This document shows positions 28,419 through 37,782 of a DNA stretch of 64,000 bases, in pieces. Both the position numbers and the translations under genes were made by a program. The DNA is from Candidatus Spongiisociaceae bacterium (GTDB lineage Bacteria > Actinomycetota > Acidimicrobiia > Spongiisociales > Spongiisociaceae): contig CBDCOH010000002.1 in assembly GCA_965219685.1 (NCBI GenBank), positions 704,001 to 768,000 of the forward strand, in the 5' to 3' direction. The notes beneath the pieces are model-generated. The model saw only the letters and a list, made by a program, of their open reading frames with translations, did no database searches and had not been told where the DNA came from. The stretch's first letter is position 1. Each line of letters begins with the position of its first letter.

Positions 28419-30536
28419 GTGGTCGGATCAGCGGACAACGGATCGGTAGGCGGCGGGGCGCGGGTCGGCGTTGACATCGGAGGTACATTCACCGATCTTA
28501 TGATGGTGGATGAGTCTGGCGAAGTCGTGATCGGCAAGGTCCTCACCACCGCCGATCCATCCAAAGGTGTCGAAGAAGTCCTGATGCGAACCCTCGAACG
28601 TTCGGGGGATGCCGCCCGCTCGGTACGTCACCTGGTTCATGGGACGACGCTCGTTACGAACGCCATTATCGAGCGCAAGGGTGCTCGCACTGCTCTGGTT
28701 ACGACAGCCGGGTTCCGCGACTCAATAGAGATCGGCCGGGAGCACCGTTACGAACTCTATGACCTCAACCTGGAGCATCCGAAGCCGCTCGCCCCGCGCC
28801 ACCTGCGCTTCGCGGTCCCCGAAAGAACCCTTGCCGACGGGACCCAGGCGGTCGCACTCGACAGCGAACATATGGCCCGCCTGGTAAGTGAGTTGGCCGG
28901 AGCCGGGGTCAAGGCAGTGGCGGTTTGTTTCCTGCACTCTTTCACCAATCCCGACTCCGAGATACGGGCCCGTTCAGTCATCGAGACCGTGGCGCCCGAG
29001 TTGCGGGTGTCGATCTCGTCCGAGGTGGTTCCCGAGATCGGGGAGTTCGAGAGGGCGTCCACGACCATTGCCAACGTGTACGTGCAGCCGCTCGTCGAAA
29101 GTTACCTATTCGGACTCCGGCAGCGATTGGAGGGCGTTGGTTTTGACGGGCAGTTGTTCGTCATGCTCTCCAGCGGGGGGGTGGCGACGCTGGACACGTG
29201 CATGCAGTTCCCGATCCGTCTCCTCGAATCGGGGCCCGCCGCCGGCGCCCTGGCTGCGGCGGCGGTCGGCGATGCCATGGGTCGGGACTCGTTACTGTCG
29301 TTTGACATGGGTGGCACCACCGCCAAACTCAGCGTGGTGGACGGGGGGGAACCGCTGGTCACCCATGACTTCGAGGTGGACCGCCGCTACCGCTTCAAGA
29401 AGGGATCCGGCCTCCCGGTGAGGGTGCCGGTCATAGAGATGATCGAGATCGGAGCCGGCGGTGGCTCGATCGCCCGGGTCGACGCCCTGGGGTTACTGAA
29501 GGTGGGGCCCGACTCGGCCGGCGCCGACCCCGGACCGGTCTGCTACGCGCGGGGAGGGGAGTTCCCGACCGTCACCGACGCCGATCTCGTCCTCGGGTAT
29601 CTCGATCCCGACTACTTCCTGGGCGGCGCTATGAAACTCGACGTGGCCGCGGCCGAGGCTGCGCTGGCGGAGAGCATCGGCGACCCGCTGCGGATGTCGG
29701 TGCCCGAGGCCGCGTGGGGAGTCCACCAGGTCGTCAACGAGGCTATGGCCAACGCCGCCCGGGTCCATGTCGTCGAGCGCGGGAAGAACCCGAGGGCGCT
29801 TCCGGTGGTCGCCTTCGGAGGCGCCGGCCCGGTCCACGGGTACGGGGTCGCCGAGTTACTGGGCAGCACCGAGCTGGTCCTGCCCTACGGCGCGGGGGTC
29901 ACCAGCGCCATGGGGCTCCTGGTGGCGCCACTGGCCTTCGACTTCGTCCGGTCTCACTACGGCCGGCTCGACGAACTGGACTGGAGCGAGGTGAACGGCA
30001 TATTCGACGAGATGGAGCGGCTCGGAACTGAGATCCTGGTTGACTCGGGGGCCGGCCCCGAGGAGATAGAGCACGCCAGGACAGCCGACATCCGCTATGT
30101 CGGACAGGGCCATGAGATACGTGTCCCGATCCCGGACGGGACCCTGACCGTCGACCAGCGCCGGACGATATACGAGGAGTTCGATCGGGTTTACCAGAGC
30201 CTCTACGGTCGGGAGGGACCACCGGTCGGTCTTGAAGCCCTCACTTGGAGGGTGGTGAGCCGGGGCCCGCGGCCACCGGTGATCCGCGCCGGGACCGACG
30301 CCGTGACAGGCGATGCGGCGGTAGCTCGCAAGGGTGAGCGTCCGGCCTTCTTCGCTTCGGCAGGGGGATTCGTCGAGACCCCTGTTTACGACCGGTACCG
30401 GTTGGGTCCCGGCTCTACGATGACGGGACCGGCGATAATCGAGGAACGAGAGTCCACGGCGATCATCGGGCCCGGCGGACAGGTGCATGTGGACGAAGGA
30501 CTCAACATCGTCGTCGGGCTGGGAGGGGGAACATGA
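28419..30536 (+). CDS. Hydantoinase/oxoprolinase subunit A (ATP-dependent)
   Basis: GVDIGGTFTD, HGTTLVTNA, ESGPAAG, DMGGTT, IGAGGGS and PTVTDA motifs. Confidence 0.95.
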   Translation: MVGSADNGSVGGGARVGVDIGGTFTDLMMVDESGEVVIGKVLTTADPSKGVEEVLMRTLERSGDAARSVRHLVHGTTLVTNAIIERKGARTALVTTAGFRDSIEIGREHRYELYDLNLEHPKPLAPRHLRFAVPERTLADGTQAVALDSEHMARLVSELAGAGVKAVAVCFLHSFTNPDSEIRARSVIETVAPELRVSISSEVVPEIGEFERASTTIANVYVQPLVESYLFGLRQRLEGVGFDGQLFVMLSSGGVATLDTCMQFPIRLLESGPAAGALAAAAVGDAMGRDSLLSFDMGGTTAKLSVVDGGEPLVTHDFEVDRRYRFKKGSGLPVRVPVIEMIEIGAGGGSIARVDALGLLKVGPDSAGADPGPVCYARGGEFPTVTDADLVLGYLDPDYFLGGAMKLDVAAAEAALAESIGDPLRMSVPEAAWGVHQVVNEAMANAARVHVVERGKNPRALPVVAFGGAGPVHGYGVAELLGSTELVLPYGAGVTSAMGLLVAPLAFDFVRSHYGRLDELDWSEVNGIFDEMERLGTEILVDSGAGPEEIEHARTADIRYVGQGHEIRVPIPDGTLTVDQRRTIYEEFDRVYQSLYGREGPPVGLEALTWRVVSRGPRPPVIRAGTDAVTGDAAVARKGERPAFFASAGGFVETPVYDRYRLGPGSTMTGPAIIEERESTAIIGPGGQVHVDEGLNIVVGLGGGT

Positions 30537-32284
30537 CCACCCGGACCAGGCTGGACCCGGTTCTCATCGAGGTGCTCTGGAGCCGGGTGCTCTCGGTCGT
30601 CAACGAGCAGCAGGTGGCTCTGCAACGAACGGCGTTCAGCACGATCGTGCGCGAGACGCAGGACCTGGCATGCGGCGTCTTCGACACCAATGGCTGGATG
30701 ATGGCGCAGTCGGTGACGGGGACCCCGGGCCACATCAACGCCATGGCCACCGGGGTTCGTCACTTCCTCGAGGAGTACCCGCCCGGGACGCTGCAGCCCG
30801 GCGACGTCCTGATAACCAACGACCCGTGGATGACTGCCGGCCAGATAAACGACATAACGGTGTTGACGCCGGTCTTCAAGAACGGCGCCGAGGTGGCGTA
30901 CTTCGCCAATACCTGCCACGCGGCCGACATCGGCGGACGGATCCTCTCCGCCGAGGCCCGGGAGGTCTACGAAGAGGGTCTGCGCATCCCGATCATGAAA
31001 CTGTACGACCGGGGTGTCATCAACCGGGACCTGATCTCCATCGTCCGCGCCAACGTGCGGACTCCCGACGAAACGGTGGGTGATCTCTACGCCCAGACTT
31101 CCTGTAACGACGTAGGCGCCCGGGCGTTGCTCGGTTTCATGGACGAGTTCGATCTCGACACCATCGATCCTCTCTCACGCGAGATCATCGCCCGCTCCGA
31201 GGAAGCGATGCGGAGCGCCATCCGCGAGATTCCCAACGGTGTTCACCAGCACGAGACCTGGAGCGACGGTTTCGACGAGACTCCGATTCTCATCAGAGCG
31301 ACGGTAACCATCGACGACGAGGACATCTTCATCGACTTTGCCGGCTCCTCGCCCGAGAGTGTCCGGGGTATCAACGTGGTCTTCAACTACACCCACGCGT
31401 ATGCCTCGTTCGCCATGAAGGCTGCGATAAGCCCCGACGTTCCCCATAACGACGGGGCCTTCCGTCCCGTTCACGTGTCGGCGCCGCCGGGATCGATCCT
31501 CAACTGTCTGGAGCCGGCCGCGGTGGCGTCGCGTCATCTAATCGGCCATTTCCTTCCGGGTGTCGTGTTCGGGGCGCTGGCCGACGCGCTACCCGAGCAA
31601 CTGATGGCACCCGGCTCCGACCCGATCTGGATCTCCATCTGGAGGGGCAGGCCCCGGCAGTCGACCGACCTGTTCACGTTCAGCCTCTTCCAGTGCGGAG
31701 GCGCGGGTGCCCGGGCAGCCAAGGACGGACTCAACACGACCGGATTCCCCAGCGGAGTGGCGGGTGTACCGGCTGAGTCGGTGGAGACCCTTACGTCGAT
31801 GGTCCAGCACCGCCGCGAGTTGCGCACCGACTCCGGAGGCGCGGGCAGGTTCCGGGGCGGTCTCGGCCAGTGGACGGAGATGGCCTGCCGCACGGACGAA
31901 GCATGGACGGTGTCGGCGATGGTCGACCGCATCTCGTATCCGCCCGAGGGCCTGCTGGGAGGCGAGTCCGGATCGGCCGGCGAGTTCATGATCGACGGTG
32001 CCCGGGAGGGTGAACCGAAGCGCCTTCTGGTGCTCGATCCCGATACCAGAGTGCAACTGAACCTGCCTGGCGGAGGTGGCTACGGCGATCCGTTCACCCG
32101 CGATCCCGAGGCGGTTCTGTGGGACGTGATCGAAGGGTACGTCTCGATCGAAGGAGCCCGCCAGGACTACGGGGTAGTGGTCGAATACCTGGGCGGAGAC
32201 GACCAACTCGTACGTCTCCCCGGCGACTACCGCCTCGATCCCGAGGCCACCTCACTAGCGCGTCAGACCGTTCCGGAGGGCTAG
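30533..32284 (+). CDS. Hydantoinase B/oxoprolinase subunit B
   Basis: RTAFSTIVRE, NDPW, H.ADIGG, EEGL, DSGGAGRFRGG and GGGGYGDP motifs; ATGA overlap. Confidence 0.95.
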   Translation: MTTRTRLDPVLIEVLWSRVLSVVNEQQVALQRTAFSTIVRETQDLACGVFDTNGWMMAQSVTGTPGHINAMATGVRHFLEEYPPGTLQPGDVLITNDPWMTAGQINDITVLTPVFKNGAEVAYFANTCHAADIGGRILSAEAREVYEEGLRIPIMKLYDRGVINRDLISIVRANVRTPDETVGDLYAQTSCNDVGARALLGFMDEFDLDTIDPLSREIIARSEEAMRSAIREIPNGVHQHETWSDGFDETPILIRATVTIDDEDIFIDFAGSSPESVRGINVVFNYTHAYASFAMKAAISPDVPHNDGAFRPVHVSAPPGSILNCLEPAAVASRHLIGHFLPGVVFGALADALPEQLMAPGSDPIWISIWRGRPRQSTDLFTFSLFQCGGAGARAAKDGLNTTGFPSGVAGVPAESVETLTSMVQHRRELRTDSGGAGRFRGGLGQWTEMACRTDEAWTVSAMVDRISYPPEGLLGGESGSAGEFMIDGAREGEPKRLLVLDPDTRVQLNLPGGGGYGDPFTRDPEAVLWDVIEGYVSIEGARQDYGVVVEYLGGDDQLVRLPGDYRLDPEATSLARQTVPEG

Positions 32285-32466
32285 CGGACAGGTGGGGGAC
32301 ACCCGGTCTCGGCAGCCGTTCCAATGCGAGATAGTCGTCGGGAAACACGGGCCATATCCAGTCGACTCTTGACCTCTTGCAACACCAATCGTCCCAGGTA
32401 GACAGCCATTCGCTAGACTCGCTAAAACGAACGCCAACCTTCTTGTGCCGGTATATCATTGTTTAG

Positions 32467-32474
32467 TGTATAAT
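32467..32474 (+). promoter_or_regulatory. Consensus -10 element
   Basis: TGTATAAT in a low-GC intergenic patch about 70 bp before ATG 32541. Confidence 0.55.
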
Positions 32475-32540
32475 AGTGCCACCATATCCGGTGTCAGCTA
32501 CGGACTCCTATACGAGCGGCCGGTAAACCGAGAGGTGCAG

Positions 32541-33102
32541 ATGGAACAGGTGATCGTCGGTATCGTCAGCCTCATCCTCCTGGTAGTTCTCTACCAGGAG
32601 CGGGCTCGCCGTGCCGATGCGGCGGCGCTCCGGCGAGACATGAACGAAGGTTTTGCTGCGCTGCGCGCCGAGTTCAAACGGGATGCGGTCGTGCTGCGTG
32701 ATGAGTTGAGGGGGGAGATTGCTGTGACTCGTGATGAGTTGAAGGGGGAGATTGCTGTGACTCGTGATGAGTTGAAGGGGGAGATTGCTGTGACTCGTGA
32801 TGAGTTGAAGGGGGACATCCGGGAGTTGAGGGGGGAGATTGCTGTGACTCGTGATGAGTTGAAGGGGGACATCCGGGAGTTGAGGGGGGGAGATTGCTGT
32901 GACTCGTGATGAGTTGAAGGGGGACATCCGGGAGTTGAGGGGGGAGATTGCTGCGACGCGGCAGGAGTTGAAGGAAGAGATGAGCCACGGGTTCGCCCGC
33001 ACCGACCGGCGTGTCGACAACCTCACGGCGAGCGTTCTCGCTCTCGCCGAGACTGTCGGACAGGTCAAAGGACGGACCGAGGCCCTCACGGCTACCGGGT
33101 GA
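32541..33102 (+). pseudogene. Membrane-anchored coiled-coil repeat protein (DUF1640/CCDC90-like), +1 frameshift in a G run
   Basis: N-terminal TM, RDELKGEIAVT and DIRELRG repeats; G7 at 32884-32890 versus G6 in sister units; the frame continues in ORF 32899-33102. Confidence 0.75.
32697..32953 (+). repeat. Coding tandem repeat built from 33-bp and 21-bp modules
   Basis: CGTGATGAGTTGARGGGGGAGATTGCTGTGACT units, the later ones carrying a 21-bp GACATCCGGGAGTTGAGGGGG insert. Confidence 0.95.
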
Positions 33103-33199
33103 TCCCTCGCGGCGCCGATCGATACGGGTTCGCATACGGCAACCGTAGAACTGACGGTAGCTAACGCTAAACCTTCGATTACCTACTAGAGACTACTAA

Positions 33200-33988
33200 C
33201 TAGGGCGTGTTCACGCTTTTGAGTGTGTCGTGGATGAGGGCGAGGGTGATGAATGCTAGGAAGATCATGTCGAGTTTGTCGTAGCGGGTGAAGACGCGTC
33301 GGTATGCTTTGATCCGTCGGAAGAGCCGTTCGATTTCGTTTCGCCGTTTGTATATGTCGCGGTCGTAGTCCCATTGGTGGCGCCGGTTGGCCTTGGGTGG
33401 GATGACTGGGGTGTATCCGAGAGCGAGGGCTGGTTGCCGTGTTTCGTTCCTTTCGTAGGCGCGGTCTGCTACCAGGAACAGTTGTAGTTGTTCGCCTTCT
33501 GGCTGCTTGGTTCGGGGTCCCAGCCTTTGGAGAAGCTCCCGTCCGTGGGGGCCGTCATGGTCTTGGCCTGGGGATATAGCGTAGATGATGGCAGTCCGGG
33601 CGTCGGCGGCGACCATGTGGATCTTGGTGGTCATACCTCCTCGGGAGCGTCCGATCGCCTGGGGACCCCGTTTTCGGAGAGCACCGGCGGCGTCGGGGTG
33701 GACCTTGACCGTCGTGCTGTCCAAGCCCAGCACGTCGGGGTCGATGAGTTGTTCTTGTTGGAGGCGTTCGAACACCCGAGCCAGGACGCCGCTGGCCGAC
33801 CAGCGGCTGAACCGCATGTAGATGGTGTGCCAGTTCCCGAACCGTTCGGGAAGCCCCCGCCATTTGCAGCCTTGCTCCAGTATGTGCAGCATGGCGTTGA
33901 GGGCGTCGAGGTTGGAGACTTTGACGTTGCCCCGCTGCTTCGGGAACGCGTCTGCTATTAGTTGGTATTGTTCTTCTGTTATCTCTAT
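33200..33988 (-). CDS. IS5-family transposase
   Basis: GCKWRGLP.RFGNWHTIY.RF, LDST, GRSRGG.TTKIH, ADRAY, Y..RN.IER.F, TRYDK; frame is open up to ATA at 33988. Confidence 0.92.
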   Translation of the reverse strand: MEITEEQYQLIADAFPKQRGNVKVSNLDALNAMLHILEQGCKWRGLPERFGNWHTIYMRFSRWSASGVLARVFERLQQEQLIDPDVLGLDSTTVKVHPDAAGALRKRGPQAIGRSRGGMTTKIHMVAADARTAIIYAISPGQDHDGPHGRELLQRLGPRTKQPEGEQLQLFLVADRAYERNETRQPALALGYTPVIPPKANRRHQWDYDRDIYKRRNEIERLFRRIKAYRRVFTRYDKLDMIFLAFITLALIHDTLKSVNTP

Positions 33989-34035
33989 ATGATAATAATA
34001 TCACATCAGTGTAACTTAGAGTGAACACGCCCTAG
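33200..34035 (-). mobile_element. IS5-family insertion sequence (about 830 bp)
   Basis: Perfect inverted ends CTAGGGCGTGTTCAC (33200-33214) and GTGAACACGCCCTAG (34021-34035), including a CTAG or TA target duplication; lower GC; encloses a DDE transposase. Confidence 0.93.
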
Positions 34036-34052
34036 AAACCAGGACCAGTCAT

Positions 34053-35423
34053 CTAGGTGGCGATGTAGACGTTCTTGAGTTCGGTGTAGTAGTCGAGGGC
34101 GTCGGGGCCGAGGGCTCGGCCGATGCCGGATTGCTTGAATCCTCCATAGGGCGTGGCGACCCGAACCGACCAGTTGGAGTTCACCGACAACGTACCCGCG
34201 TCCACGGCTCTGGCCACCCGGAGCGCCTTGGAGCCGTTCTCGGTCCAGATCGAACCGGAAAGGCCGTAGATGGTGTCGTTGGCGATGGCAATGGCTTCTT
34301 CCTCATCCTCGAACGGCATGACGCAGGCCACCGGCCCGAAGATCTCCTCGGTCACCACGCGGGCGTCCGCTGACTTCGGGGTGACGACGGTGGGCGCGAA
34401 CCAGAACCCCGGTCCGTCCGGGGCGCTTCCCCGGGCCACGACGGTGGTTTCGTCATCGAGGAACGAAGCGACCTTGGTCCGATGCTCGGCTGTGATCAGG
34501 GGACCCATCTCGGTGGTCTCGTCCATGGGGTTACCCACCCGCATGGCCGACACGTTGGCGGACAGGAGTTCCAGGAAGCGGTCCATCGCCGCTCGTTCCA
34601 CCAGGATCCTGGAGCGCGCGCAGCAATCCTGGCCGGCGTTGCCGAACACCGCGCCGGGAGCGGCCGCGGCAGCGCGCTCGAGGTCGGCGTCGGCGAACAC
34701 GATGTTGGCCGACTTGCCGCCCAACTCCAGGGTCACGCGCTTTAGCGTGGCGGAGGCTCGGGAGCTGATCCGCTTACCTACGTCGGTCGAGCCGGTGAAG
34801 CCGATCTTGGCGACGTCCGGGTGGTCGACGAGCCGCTCGCCCACCAGGCTGCCCGGTCCGGCCAGCACCTGGAACACACCTTCGGGCAGGCCCGCCTCCA
34901 GCGCGATCCGTTCGAGTTCGATGGCGGTGAGCGGGGTGAGTTGCGCCGGTTTCAGGACCACCGTGTTGCCGGCCGCCAGGGCGGGCGCCACCCCCCACGA
35001 AGCGATCGCCAGGGGGAAGTTCCAGGGTGTGATCAGACCCACGACCCCCATCGGTTCCTTGAAGGTCATGTTGACGCCCCCCGGAACGGGAATGGTCTTT
35101 CCGGTTAGGCGTTCGGGGGATCCGGCGTAGTAGGTGAAGGTGGCGGCCACCACCCCGACCTCGCCCAAGGCGTCGTTGATCGGCTTCCCGACGTTGCGGG
35201 ACTCCAAACGCGCCAGGTACACGGCCTGCTCCTCGACGGCTGCTCCGATACGTCTGAGGATCGTGGCCCGATCGCTGGCGGTGACGTTGCGCCACGTCGC
35301 GAAGGCACGCTTGGCTCTCGCCACGGCCCGGTCCGTGGCTTCCAAACCTGCGGCGGGAAGCTTGGCTATCACCTGTTCCGTTGCGGGTTCGATGACCTCG
35401 ATGGAGTCTCCGACCGTCTTCAT
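34053..35423 (-). CDS. Aldehyde dehydrogenase
   Basis: ITPWNFP, FTGS, LELGGKS, NAGQDC, EEIFGP and GGFKQSG motifs; ATG 35423 with GGAGAG RBS. Confidence 0.96.
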   Translation of the reverse strand: MKTVGDSIEVIEPATEQVIAKLPAAGLEATDRAVARAKRAFATWRNVTASDRATILRRIGAAVEEQAVYLARLESRNVGKPINDALGEVGVVAATFTYYAGSPERLTGKTIPVPGGVNMTFKEPMGVVGLITPWNFPLAIASWGVAPALAAGNTVVLKPAQLTPLTAIELERIALEAGLPEGVFQVLAGPGSLVGERLVDHPDVAKIGFTGSTDVGKRISSRASATLKRVTLELGGKSANIVFADADLERAAAAAPGAVFGNAGQDCCARSRILVERAAMDRFLELLSANVSAMRVGNPMDETTEMGPLITAEHRTKVASFLDDETTVVARGSAPDGPGFWFAPTVVTPKSADARVVTEEIFGPVACVMPFEDEEEAIAIANDTIYGLSGSIWTENGSKALRVARAVDAGTLSVNSNWSVRVATPYGGFKQSGIGRALGPDALDYYTELKNVYIAT

Positions 35424-35669
35424 CCGTCTCTCCATTCCTACCCCGGGTGTGACGGATTCCGGCATCGGCCACAAGATGAGAGCCGGAATCTTCCTGACCA
35501 GCAGGGTTCGTTTTCGGACCGACCGCTACCGCGGCCCACCCGTCGACGGCAAGCTACCTGTTCAGCGCGTGCGGACCCAACCGCTAGCATCCTTCTGCGG
35601 TACCTTTCCAGGATACAGCCGAGCCCGAGAGGCGATCCATCCCCGACCGGCTACCGACTGGAGGCTCAA

Positions 35670-37751
35670 GTGCAACTGATCCCACCCTTGGTAGAACCCG
35701 GCTCCAGTTCCGTCCTGCAACTGGAAGTGGTCAAGCCTTACCGCGTGGTCGTGTCGGGCGACGGCTCCTGGGTCGAGGACTCCACCGGCAAGCGCTACCT
35801 GGACGCGATGAGCGGTGGCTCGATGGCGGCCACGCTGGGCCACGGCCGCCGTGACCTGATCGAGCTTGCCTGGGAGCAGTCCCGGCGGGTCGGCTACCTC
35901 GACAACAACCGTCTTACCAACCCTTGGCAGGAGGCTCTTGCGGCCGAGTTGGTGGAACTGGCGCCGGCCGGATTCTCACGGGTGCGTTTCGTGACCGGCG
36001 GGTCCGAAGCCAACGAGGCGGCCATCAGGGGTGCGCGTATGTACCACGTCACCCGGGGCGAGCCGCAGCGCTGGCAGATCATCTCTCCGGCGCAGGCCTA
36101 TCACGGTCCCACGATGCAGACCCTCGCCCTCACCGGCCGTCCCGGGCTGCAGGGCGCGTTCGGCCCCTACCTGAGCAGCCACCGCCACGTCCCTCCTTCG
36201 ACTCGCCGCTTCGACCCCTCCGGGCAGGAGGCGCTCGACGCCCTGGACGAGGCACTGGAGCAGGTCGGCCCCGAGAACGTCTCAGCGTTCTTCTGCGAGC
36301 CGATCAGCGCCGCCTCGCTACCCGCCTACTCACCTCCCGCACGTTTCTGGGAAGGCTTGGCGGAGCGTCGGGACCGGTACGGGTTCCTCATCTGCTTCGA
36401 CGAGGTGGTCACCGGCGTGGGAAGGACCGGCAACTGGTTCGCGGCCAACGATCTGCCCATAGTCCCCGATCTCATCGCAACGGCCAAGGGGCTAGGGGCC
36501 GGGTACACCGCCATCGGGGCCGTTCTGTACGCCGCCCATGTCTACGAGGACATCGCCGCCGGGGCGGACTCGTTCGCCCTCGGCCACACCTGGGACGGTT
36601 CGCCCCTCCCTTGTGCGGTGGGTCTGGCCGTTCTGGGGATCCTGAAGTCCGAAGGATGGGTGGATCACGTCGCGGCCCGCGGCCCGTTGCTGCGTGACCA
36701 GTTGGCGGCGGCTCTCCGGGAATCCGATCTCGTGGGCGACGTCCGGGGACGTGGCTACCTGCTCGGCATCGAGTTCGTGGACCCTCGGGACGGTCACTCG
36801 TTCCTTCCTCCGGAGTTGGGGGTGGCAGGCCGGATCGAGCGGGCCGCGGCGCGCAACGGTCTGTTAGTGCTCGGCACCATGCCCACGCGGGACGGATTCG
36901 CCGGTGACCAGCACCTGTTTGCTCCGCCCTTCCCGACCTCGGATGAGGACCTAGCGGAGATGGTGGAGCGAATGGCGACCGCCGTGGCCGAGGTGGCGGC
37001 CGAAGTGAAGGAAGAACTGGTGTCGGGTCCATCGGCCGGTGGCGACCCGTCCGAAGGACTGTGCGTGCTCATCGTCCAGCACGAGGATCCGACGCCCGCC
37101 GGTTTCGTCCACGAGTGGTTGGAGGACCGGGGTGCCGACGTCGAGATCTACCGGATCGACCTGGAGGACCGCCGCGTCGACCCGACCCGCTACGACCTGA
37201 TCGTCTCGCTCGGATCGGAGTTCGCTGCATTCGACGACTCGATTCCCTGGATCGACCGTGAGAAGGACCTTCTGGTCGAGGCATACGGCGCCGACGTGCC
37301 GATCCTGGGCCTATGTTTCGGTGGCCAGTTGCTGGCCAGGGTTCTGGGTGGCGACTCCTACCGGGGGGAGATCTCCGAAGTGGGTTGGCTTCCGGTACGC
37401 AGCGTCGATGAGGACCTGGTACCCCAAGGACCCTGGTTCCAGTGGCACTTCGACACCTTCTCGGTGCCGCCCGGAGGTGAACTGATCGCCGATACCGAGG
37501 CTGGTCCACAAGCCTTCGTGGTCGGCCGCAGCCTCGGGGTGCAATTCCACCCGGAGGTGAACAACGAGATCATGGAGGACTGGGTTGACGTATACCGCCA
37601 CGAACTCGACGACGAGGGAGTCGATCCCGACGCCCTGCTGGAAGAGACCAGACAACTGGAGCCCCGATCGAAAGCTGTCGCGGCACAACTACTGGAGCGT
37701 TTTGCCGAGGACATAGCCGGCTTGGCCCTGCCGATGCGGGGGAGGGACTGA
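35670..37751 (+). CDS. Class-III aminotransferase fused to a class-I glutamine amidotransferase-like domain
   Basis: GGSEANE, YHG, FDEVVTGVGRTG, AKG, GHT; then VLIVQHE, LGLCFGGQLL, QFHPE in the same frame. Confidence 0.9.
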   Translation: MQLIPPLVEPGSSSVLQLEVVKPYRVVVSGDGSWVEDSTGKRYLDAMSGGSMAATLGHGRRDLIELAWEQSRRVGYLDNNRLTNPWQEALAAELVELAPAGFSRVRFVTGGSEANEAAIRGARMYHVTRGEPQRWQIISPAQAYHGPTMQTLALTGRPGLQGAFGPYLSSHRHVPPSTRRFDPSGQEALDALDEALEQVGPENVSAFFCEPISAASLPAYSPPARFWEGLAERRDRYGFLICFDEVVTGVGRTGNWFAANDLPIVPDLIATAKGLGAGYTAIGAVLYAAHVYEDIAAGADSFALGHTWDGSPLPCAVGLAVLGILKSEGWVDHVAARGPLLRDQLAAALRESDLVGDVRGRGYLLGIEFVDPRDGHSFLPPELGVAGRIERAAARNGLLVLGTMPTRDGFAGDQHLFAPPFPTSDEDLAEMVERMATAVAEVAAEVKEELVSGPSAGGDPSEGLCVLIVQHEDPTPAGFVHEWLEDRGADVEIYRIDLEDRRVDPTRYDLIVSLGSEFAAFDDSIPWIDREKDLLVEAYGADVPILGLCFGGQLLARVLGGDSYRGEISEVGWLPVRSVDEDLVPQGPWFQWHFDTFSVPPGGELIADTEAGPQAFVVGRSLGVQFHPEVNNEIMEDWVDVYRHELDDEGVDPDALLEETRQLEPRSKAVAAQLLERFAEDIAGLALPMRGRD

Positions 37752-37782
37752 CCATGTCCGATCAACCGGAGGGAGTAGCCAG

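Noticed and set aside
32697-32953. 33-bp repeats as a CRISPR array
   Set aside because: Repeats are contiguous, in frame and encode a coiled coil; the 21-bp inserts are identical rather than unique.
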